DNA of 64,000 nucleotides from an uncultured delta proteobacterium (GTDB lineage: Bacteria; Myxococcota; B64-G9), in assembly GCA_963754925.1 (NCBI GenBank), contig CAVWHX010000005.1, forward strand, positions 64,001 to 128,000, written 5' to 3'. Shown here in pieces: positions 39,596 to 47,031 of this stretch. The notes beneath the pieces were generated by a model that ran no database searches, was not told the origin of the DNA, and saw nothing but the letters and a program-made list of their open reading frames with translations. Numbering within the stretch: the stretch's first letter is position 1; every line of letters starts with the position of its first letter. The translations under genes were made by a program, and so were the position numbers.

Positions 39596-42355
39596 TCATC
39601 CCTTGACAGAGCCCCAGTTGTGACCCGCGGTCATCTCGGAGACTGCATGGTTCGAAGTGATGAAGTTGACAAGATTTCCATATACTCGTTCGATGAAATC
39701 GAATTTGAGTATATTATGCGACAACAGGTAGAGGTTGAAACGGACCAGCCCGCGTTCTACAGCATTCAGGTGGAGCACTCTATGAAACAGACGTCTTGAA
39801 AAGGACAAGCCCGTCTTCTCTTCCAGTTTTGAAAGATAATATTCGGCATACTCATCGATGGTCTGCTTTGGAGTATTCTCTGGAAGCACGTAAACAAGAA
39901 ACTCTATCAAGTCGTGCTGTGGGTTCTGATAGCACGCAAGCTCCCAGTCATAGACCACCAATCGGACTTCTTCCGTCTCGTCCCTTAAACAGATGTTTCG
40001 AGAGTTAAAATCGTTGTGGGTCAACGTCATGGGAAAGGCATTCATCTCATCGATCCGCTCGCTCAGGTGGTCGAGAAAATCAAAATAAATCCGTTTACAC
40101 GAATCATTCAGCATCTCCGGGAACTGCCGTGCATTATGGTCGGTCAGCTCGACTAAGAATTTGTGAGCACCGTACAGTTTTTCTTTGTTGAGCGTGTTGA
40201 CCGACATCTCTTTCGGAATTGCGGCGCGGTCGTTAAAATAAACCGCATGCATACCGGCCAGATCATTCAGCACCGTTTTTATATTCCGATCATTCCATTG
40301 GGTAAGGTCGGTTCCCGAGTCGATGCCCGGTAGGGTTGACAGATCTTCCATGAGAATGGCGAACAATTCTCTCTCGTCGTCTATCATGGACCCGTAAATC
40401 TTGGGGACGTAGCGCAATATTTCTTTTCTCGCCCCGCGATAAAACTCGACTTCGCGCTTGTTGCTGTTGGTGAAACCGAAGATGTGTTCCTGGCTTTCGT
40501 AGAGTCCGGGCAGCGTGTCTTCTCCGGTCAGCCGCGCCAAACCGGCGCCGATCTCAACGATGTGATGGTCCGCGGGTTTGAGCTTGAGCACCGTTGCGAT
40601 ATCTTTCTCACCGTCGCTGCTTTCGACTCTGAGCCGGTATCTGAAAATGCCCACTATCGATTTCGAGCGGTCCTGCAGTAGTTTCGTGATAATGCTCGCA
40701 TCCTGTAACAGGGGTTCTTCTTTTAACGAGAGGGCACGAGCGTTGCTATCTGATAACAAAGAGGTAAAGAAGCCAATGCCAATAGAATCCTTCGACAGTT
40801 TCTTTACGGGCCGATTTCTGCCGAGGCGTTCGTGGGCCATGACGAATTCGTTTGCGCAAATAGCGGCCGAGGTAGATATGTCGAGCGCGAGGCAGGTTGC
40901 GGCCAGGATTTCGGCAAATCTGAAAAGCTTGCCCGGTCCATAGCAGCCCATCATTTCGAGACAATCTCTCTGGGTAGGCAGCTTGGTGCCTCCACCGACC
41001 GTTCCGATGACGAGGGAGGGTAGGCTCATGTTGAAGGTTAACCCGTCGCCGTCTTTCTTCGGCTTGAAGATGCCCAACGCCGATTCAGGGACGGAGGCGA
41101 TATCCTGTCCTGTTGCTGTAAATACGCCGGCTATGACGTTCGCAAAATTACAATTGTACCCCAGCATGCCGATATGGAGCCCTGAGGCGCTGGCCACCTC
41201 GTCGGCTCTCATAATCATTTCGGGATCAATCCGTAGTATGTCCTTGAGTATCTTGCCCGGCACATGAACAGTCGCTGTGACGCTGGTCCCCCTTCCGACG
41301 ACGAAATTCTGGGCATTGGCCTTTTTATCGCCGGACATGTTTCCTTCGACGACATAGTTAACGTATTTTATGGATTTATCGTCTTTGATCTCTCTGATGA
41401 GCCACTCACAGGCATACCACGTACATGCGGTTGTCATATTTTGCCCGGCGGCATCGCCGGTCGTGTACCGGAATCGAGCAGTAACCGATGCGCCGAATAC
41501 GAGCGTTTCGATATCCGTAAGTCTCCCCACCGAAGAGACTGAGTTCGTTTTCTCACTGATTTTTTCAAAATTGGCGTGTATCCATCGCTCCAAATTGATG
41601 GCGCCGTGCATGTCCTCGCAAAAGAATACGGGGGCGCGGATCATCGATTGACGCGTGACCGCGACGGTTACGCCTCCGGAGTTGTTGCAGACCCTGGCGC
41701 CCCGGTTGATGGAGCTTACGAGGGCCCCCTCGGTCGTTGCAATAGGGATCGGAACGTACCCGCTCGTGTAGGTGCCGTTTACTAAAATGGGCCCCGCCAG
41801 CCCTACGGGTATCTGAACTGCCCCTATATAGTTTTCAATGTTTCCCGGCAGTGATTCCGGGTTGAGTATTGATTTTTCGATGTTCTGCAGGCTTGCGCCG
41901 GAAACACCCCTTGCCCAATTCAATCTCGCGCTGACTGCCGCTTCGGAGTAGTGTTCATCGCCCGTAAAATACGGAATCTCTTTATGATTATGATCTCCGG
42001 AAGTCTGAGACGGCTTCGTCTGATTCAAAGATCTAATTATCTCGTTCAATAGCATCTCCGTCTTTTCATTCGGCGCAACGATCCCGATACGAAGATGTTT
42101 TGTTTCGTGGTTTTTCGTTATGTGAGCAACCCGTAGGCCGCTTATCGCATATTCCGATTCGGGTTTTCCCAGGTACATCAGTGGAATATAATCGCCCTGA
42201 TTTAATTCGGGATTCTCTGCGGTGACAATTCCCAACCCATTCCGGCTGACATCACTAATCATGCCGGTATACGTTTTGCCGTCAAAAAAGAAGAAGACCA
42301 GAGGCTGCCTCTGGTCATGATAGTATGTTCTTGAAGACTCACGTCCGGTTGTCAC
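39596..42355 (-). CDS. Fusion: PilZ + class I HMG-CoA reductase + APH/choline-kinase-like domain
   Basis: GTG start after GGAGG; RESSR and DVSRNG (PilZ); ENYIG, ATTEG, GDAAGQNM, GDKK, TGQD, GTVGGGT, AHERLGR (HMGR); HNDFNSRN and DWE (kinase). Confidence 0.88.
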   Translation of the reverse strand: MTTGRESSRTYYHDQRQPLVFFFFDGKTYTGMISDVSRNGLGIVTAENPELNQGDYIPLMYLGKPESEYAISGLRVAHITKNHETKHLRIGIVAPNEKTEMLLNEIIRSLNQTKPSQTSGDHNHKEIPYFTGDEHYSEAAVSARLNWARGVSGASLQNIEKSILNPESLPGNIENYIGAVQIPVGLAGPILVNGTYTSGYVPIPIATTEGALVSSINRGARVCNNSGGVTVAVTRQSMIRAPVFFCEDMHGAINLERWIHANFEKISEKTNSVSSVGRLTDIETLVFGASVTARFRYTTGDAAGQNMTTACTWYACEWLIREIKDDKSIKYVNYVVEGNMSGDKKANAQNFVVGRGTSVTATVHVPGKILKDILRIDPEMIMRADEVASASGLHIGMLGYNCNFANVIAGVFTATGQDIASVPESALGIFKPKKDGDGLTFNMSLPSLVIGTVGGGTKLPTQRDCLEMMGCYGPGKLFRFAEILAATCLALDISTSAAICANEFVMAHERLGRNRPVKKLSKDSIGIGFFTSLLSDSNARALSLKEEPLLQDASIITKLLQDRSKSIVGIFRYRLRVESSDGEKDIATVLKLKPADHHIVEIGAGLARLTGEDTLPGLYESQEHIFGFTNSNKREVEFYRGARKEILRYVPKIYGSMIDDERELFAILMEDLSTLPGIDSGTDLTQWNDRNIKTVLNDLAGMHAVYFNDRAAIPKEMSVNTLNKEKLYGAHKFLVELTDHNARQFPEMLNDSCKRIYFDFLDHLSERIDEMNAFPMTLTHNDFNSRNICLRDETEEVRLVVYDWELACYQNPQHDLIEFLVYVLPENTPKQTIDEYAEYYLSKLEEKTGLSFSRRLFHRVLHLNAVERGLVRFNLYLLSHNILKFDFIERVYGNLVNFITSNHAVSEMTAGHNWGSVKG

Positions 42356-42519
42356 GGCCGACCTCCTGCATTTCAAATAGCGTCTATGAATCCCAACCTT
42401 CGCCGTGCTTCTCGACGGTAGGCTTTAAGCACATTTTTGACTAGTTGCTAGAGATGGATGTGATCTGAGGATGCTCCCGGCATGAAACACCATGTATTTT
42501 ATGACGTTTCCACCGCACT

Positions 42520-42563
42520 TTTATTCACATACTTGTCACATAGTTGTCACAAACTTGTTTACT
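42520..42563. promoter_or_regulatory. Four 11-bp-period direct repeats (Pho-box/OmpR-like)
   Basis: TTTATTCACAT ACTTGTCACAT AGTTGTCACAA ACTTGTTTACT; minus-strand TTGACA at 42591-42586. Confidence 0.55.
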
Positions 42564-42961
42564 GCATATATAAAATCTTACAGTTTGTCAAGGGGAAATT
42601 GAACTCGATGACAAAAGATATTTCTGTGTTAGGGTAATAAAATAGAGTGAATTGAAAAGCACGTTTGTTATGTTTGGTCCATTGATTTTGCGTGTCATCG
42701 TATCAAATCGCTCAATAGGCTTTCTCCGGTTCCTTTTTTGATCATTGACAAGCACGTGGTTTGAGAGTTAGGTTATGCCCAATTTCAAGGAAGCCCCGTG
42801 GGAATTAAAGGGTGCGAGGGTGTCTCAAAAATGTGTTTGAGTTTTCTACTCCTTATCCATAATCTCTGGCTAGGGAACATGCCCAAAATAAATAATCTGC
42901 GGTCAATACACAGGAGTCAGCCCAGTAGTTAAACGGTAACCAACGAAAGCGAGGTGGTCCT

Positions 42962-43360
42962 ATGAAACGAGTATTCCTAATTATCGGTGCGGTGCTCTTG
43001 GTTTCATCGTTGGCCTTGGCGGGGAGTCCCAAAACCTATCAGGTCACGGGACCGGTTCTGGATGTCAAAGATGATAGCGTCACGGTTCTGAAGGGCAAAG
43101 ATAAGTGGGAAATCGCCAAGGACGCCGATACCAAGGTGACCGGAGATCTCAAAGTCGGCTCCAAGGTGACGATCGAATACACCATGACGGCCAAGAGCAT
43201 CGAAACGAAAGAAGTCCTCAGCAAGAAAGCGAAAGAGGCGGGCAAGAAGGCGGAGGAAGCCGGCAAGAAAGCGGGAGAGGCCGGCAAGAAAGCCGAAGAT
43301 GCCGGCAAGAAGGCGGAAGATGCTGGCAAGAAATTGGAAGATGTCGACCAGGGATTATAA
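42962..43360 (+). CDS. Small secreted beta-rich protein with repeat tail
   Basis: Signal peptide, YQVTGPVL..., heptad repeats GKKAE(D/E)A. Confidence 0.75.
   Translation: MKRVFLIIGAVLLVSSLALAGSPKTYQVTGPVLDVKDDSVTVLKGKDKWEIAKDADTKVTGDLKVGSKVTIEYTMTAKSIETKEVLSKKAKEAGKKAEEAGKKAGEAGKKAEDAGKKAEDAGKKLEDVDQGL
43220..43345 (+). repeat. Six imperfect 21-bp tandem repeats (coding)
   Basis: Units resemble GGCAAGAARGCGGARGADGCN. Confidence 0.9.
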
Positions 43361-43481
43361 GAGGTTAAGCTGAAGATGAAATGAGCTAACCCGTTAACTG
43401 CGTGCCACCTATATCGAAATCGATTTGCTTGCTATGGGTTGCGAACCAGCGGTCTTGAATCTACTGATTCATCCCGTCTTT

Positions 43482-44549
43482 TTAACTATTTCTATAAAGT
43501 AAATTTTCGGCGTCAACAGGTAGATGTGACACCACCTGAGGAAAGTAAGTCGTCGTCCTGAACCAGGCCTCAAGGTCAACGGGTAGGAGCAAGAGGATGC
43601 TTGGGTCAAGGCCTTCATCCTCCAAGAGTTGTGCGGGTGTTTTAGCGCTCTTGGAGTAGTTGGGTCTGGCGAAGTTCCACCAGTGTTGGTAGATAGAGAC
43701 CTTCTGGAAGAAGTCCTGTCTGGATGTAAATGGTTCGAGATCAAAGAACTCCTGTTCAATGGATGCATGGGAACTCTCGACATCGGCGTGGGCGTTTGGG
43801 GTGGCAGGGGGCAGGAAGCGGTGGATGATCCCGGCCTGCTGGATTTTGGCATGGAAGCCTCGTTCCCGCTCGTTCTTGTCATGGCCACCATATTCGACGC
43901 CGTTGTCGGTGGACAAGATAGCACGGCGGAGGTTGACGAGATGCTTTTTCAGGTGGGTCAGCAAGCGCCGGGAGGTCATGGTGGCGTAGGTGGTGGAGAG
44001 CTCGTCGGCGTAAGAGATAAAGAGAGCACCGCTTTTGACATCACGGTGGGTGTACTGGTGTTTGGGGAGGCCGAGTTTCTTCATCTGCGGCCAGTAGGCG
44101 GGGATATCGAAGAGGGGTTTCATATCGGCCTGGAGGCGTTGGAAGCATCTGTATTTAGCTTTGATAGCCCGCAGGTCGTTTTTGCGCTGACGCTTTTTGC
44201 GACGGCGGCCCGATAAGCCTTGCTGGCGCAGGATGCGAGCGATGGCGCCAGAGGAAGCAGTGATTCCAAACAGGTCGCGCAGGCGGCGCGGTCCGAAGCA
44301 GGGAACCTTCTTGCGTGCGTTGAGGATCTTCGCTTCTTGGTACCGGGAAGTCTTGTGGGGGCAGGTCTTGGGTCTCCGGGAGCGGTCCTGGAGTGAGGTA
44401 CGACCGCCGGCGTCAAAGCGGGCACGCCATCGCCGTACGGTGTTGGGGGTGGTAGCAAAGGCACGCGCAGCGGGGCGTATGCCGTGGGTCGTGGCGTACT
44501 GCACCAACTGAAGGCGAAGCGAATATTTATGGTCTTTCGTGGTGGTCAT
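43482..44549 (-). CDS. DDE transposase (HTH + integrase core, IS481-like)
   Basis: TVRRWRARF..GG...L.DRSRRP, FGPRRL, QAD, TDNGVEY, DVESSH, WNFARP. Confidence 0.88.
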   Translation of the reverse strand: MTTTKDHKYSLRLQLVQYATTHGIRPAARAFATTPNTVRRWRARFDAGGRTSLQDRSRRPKTCPHKTSRYQEAKILNARKKVPCFGPRRLRDLFGITASSGAIARILRQQGLSGRRRKKRQRKNDLRAIKAKYRCFQRLQADMKPLFDIPAYWPQMKKLGLPKHQYTHRDVKSGALFISYADELSTTYATMTSRRLLTHLKKHLVNLRRAILSTDNGVEYGGHDKNERERGFHAKIQQAGIIHRFLPPATPNAHADVESSHASIEQEFFDLEPFTSRQDFFQKVSIYQHWWNFARPNYSKSAKTPAQLLEDEGLDPSILLLLPVDLEAWFRTTTYFPQVVSHLPVDAENLLYRNS

Positions 44550-44776
44550 GGCGTAATAACTAAATGGGGTCAGGGCCGTACCTCCTTGTGATGAAAGTCT
44601 TCGCAAACCTTCATTCAAGAGGATTTTGGTCCTGACCTCATCTCCTTTTTTGTTGCCGCGGCTTCCTTGGGGGGCTAGCCCCCCAAGGAAGCTTTCCCTT
44701 CAACATTGCCAATCCCTTGCTCCCCATGCTCCTGAGAGCAGAAAGAGGTGGTGTCAGATCTACCTGGGCTTGCCCA
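43507..44776 (-). mobile_element. IS481-like insertion sequence, about 1270 bp, with 14-16 bp target duplication
   Basis: IR core CAGGTAGAT(G/C)TGACACCACCT at both ends; flanking direct repeat TATAAAGTAAATTTTC at 43493-43508 and 44777-44792. Confidence 0.85.
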
Positions 44777-44832
44777 TATAAAGTAAATTTTCCATTGGAC
44801 ATAGACCTGTATTCATGATTGAGGTTTCGTTC

Positions 44833-45598
44833 ATGGAACAAAATCGAGCAACTTTTCGTCAAGGGCTCATGAAGCTTATCGAGCCGATTTATCCAAACAA
44901 CATAGTCGCCAGCATATATTGCGCCGTTGCGCTTGCCTTGTTGTTGGTGTATCTCTATCAGGGCAACGCCCTGTTTTTTATCTTTAACCGTGTTAGGTCC
45001 GCTTCTGCCGAACGCCGAACCCGCCGAGATTGAATGGTGGGGGGTGCTCTGTCAATTTTCAACGGCGTTTATGCTCTTTTTGATCGTACCAGCCGCGGCG
45101 CTGAAGCTTTTCACCCGCGAAAGCTTGCGGGATCTTGGCCTCGGGCTTGGCGATTGGAGATTTTACGTAATTTGGATAATTCCCATTGGTTTGGTGGTAA
45201 TGGCGGTGTCGGCTCTGGTTGCCTCCGTACAACCTGATTTTCTGGCCACCTATCCGATGGCAAAGTTTGCGGTAAAAAGCCCCGAACGTTTGGTGGTCTA
45301 TGAGCTGGCCTATGGGTTGCTCTACTACCTAGCCTACGAGGCATTTTTCCGAGGTTTCCTCCAGCTTGGATTGGCAAAGCATATCGGCGATCATCCGGCG
45401 ATACTGGTTCAAACGGCCATGACCACGCTGCTGCATATCGGAAAACCCGTCAATGAAATCTGGTCCGCACTCGCGGCTGGCTTTCTGTTCGGCCTCATAG
45501 TCGTGCGTACGCGCTCCATCTGGCCGTTGTTCGTTATCCATTGGGCGCTCGGTGTTATGACCGATCTTGCCTGCGCCCACGCATCGGGGATTTGGTAA
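44833..45598 (+). CDS. CPBP/CAAX-family intramembrane protease (frameshift near 44975)
   Basis: YEAFFRGFL, HIGKP..E, H in the last TM; frame change at a T-run. Confidence 0.78.
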
Positions 45599-46575
45599 TG
45601 CGGGTATTGGTCACCGGCGCCGGTGGATTTATCGGCTCGATGCTCGCCAAACGGCTCCTGGCCGGCGGGCATGAGGTGCGTTGCTTGGTCCACCATGCCC
45701 GCGAACGGTTGCTCCGATTAAACGCCAAACTGGTTCAGGGCGATGTGACCAGGCCCGAGACCCTCAGGCCCGCCGTTACTGGAGTTGATGTTGTCTTTCA
45801 TCTTGCCGCGCGGGCCAGCGATTGGGGCAGCCGCGAGCTTTTTATGCGCATCAACGCGGGCGGGACGCAAAATCTACTCGATGCGGCGGTTGCCGCGGGC
45901 GTCAAACGGTTTGTGCTGCTGAGCTCGCTCGCCGTTCATCGGTTTATAGGATATATCGATGCTGACGAATCAACGCCGGCGGATCAGGATCGCTATCCGT
46001 ATAGTGCGTCAAAGGTCGCCGCCGAGCGCGCGGTCAGGGCTGCCCAGGATACCGGCCGGATCGCCACGACCATTATTAGGCCGGGAGCGGTGATACACGG
46101 GCCGGAAGATACCACTTCATTTATTCTCATGGCGCCGCTCCTGAAGAAGGGAAGCTGGCCTCACGTCGGCGGCGGAAGACCATTGATGTGCTACTCCTAC
46201 GTGGAAAATCTGGCCGACGGCTTGATTTTGGCCGGAACCCTTTCTCAGGGGGCTTCCGAGACCTTTGTTATTACTGACGATCTTCGTCTGACCTGGAAGG
46301 CATACGTTACTGCCTTAATGAGGGCCTTTCAGGTAAAGGAAAAAAGCTTCTCTGTTCCGGTTCCGATTGCCCGCGCCGCGGGCATAACGACGGAACTGCT
46401 TTTTCGCCTCGTTCGCGCGAAAAACCCGCCGCCGATTACCGACTATAGAACCGCCTTAGTTTCTCGAGACTTCCATTTCTCCTGCGAAAAAGCCAAGCGC
46501 ATGCTGGGATACCAACCAACCGTGCCTTTCGAAGAAGGCCTGAGACGCATTGTGGAGTGGTATCGACAACTTTAG
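45598..46575 (+). CDS. NAD-dependent epimerase/dehydratase (3-beta-HSD/OleD-like extended SDR)
   Basis: VTGAGGFIG, FHLAA, YSASK; TAATG overlap with the upstream gene. Confidence 0.88.
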   Translation: MRVLVTGAGGFIGSMLAKRLLAGGHEVRCLVHHARERLLRLNAKLVQGDVTRPETLRPAVTGVDVVFHLAARASDWGSRELFMRINAGGTQNLLDAAVAAGVKRFVLLSSLAVHRFIGYIDADESTPADQDRYPYSASKVAAERAVRAAQDTGRIATTIIRPGAVIHGPEDTTSFILMAPLLKKGSWPHVGGGRPLMCYSYVENLADGLILAGTLSQGASETFVITDDLRLTWKAYVTALMRAFQVKEKSFSVPVPIARAAGITTELLFRLVRAKNPPPITDYRTALVSRDFHFSCEKAKRMLGYQPTVPFEEGLRRIVEWYRQL

Positions 46576-46684
46576 AAAAATGTGATTAATTAAATCAATG
46601 TGACACGGTGTCGGAAATGCTGAGGATGAACATCGAGCATAGGATAGCGTTTTTAATTTTGAGATAAGGAAACTAGGCTTCATC

Positions 46685-47005
46685 ATGAGGGCGAAAGGAA
46701 ACAGACTATCGATAATCGCCAAATTTGTGAAGAAGACCTTTGGCGCGGATGGGTATTCAAAATGGTTCGACTAGCTGCATTACGATACCGGTGATTATCA
46801 GCTGTTAGAATATGAAAAAAATCGTGGGCTGATTAGAATCGCTAATCTTCCCCAACGCCATCCATTGTGGGAAGAATCCGTGGCGGGATTTATCGAAGGC
46901 ATCGGTCTGAAATTGAAGGTTGGACACCCGACGGCTATTATTACCAAATCCAGCTCTGATATCGATGGTGCCGGCTGTATTGAGCTGCTGCTCAACGGGA
47001 AGTAA
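46685..47005 (+). pseudogene. Degenerate V4R/DUF2378-like paralog, not in the ORF track
   Basis: MRAKG...FVKKTFGADGYSKWFD*LHYDTG...RIANLPQRH...AGFIEG...TKS; in-frame TAG at 46772; central part appears deleted. Confidence 0.55.
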
Positions 47006-47031
47006 TATCTAACGCCATACCCCGGATTGTC

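Noticed and set aside
33512..42355. Claim of a complete archaeal ether-lipid pathway
   Set aside because: GGGP synthase, G1P dehydrogenase, polyprenyl synthase and the rest of the mevalonate pathway are absent from the window; only family-level similarity is supported.
43486..43513. dif/Xer site as the IS target
   Set aside because: The ATAA-N6-TT spacing is suggestive, but there is no match to the XerD arm TTATGTTAAAT.
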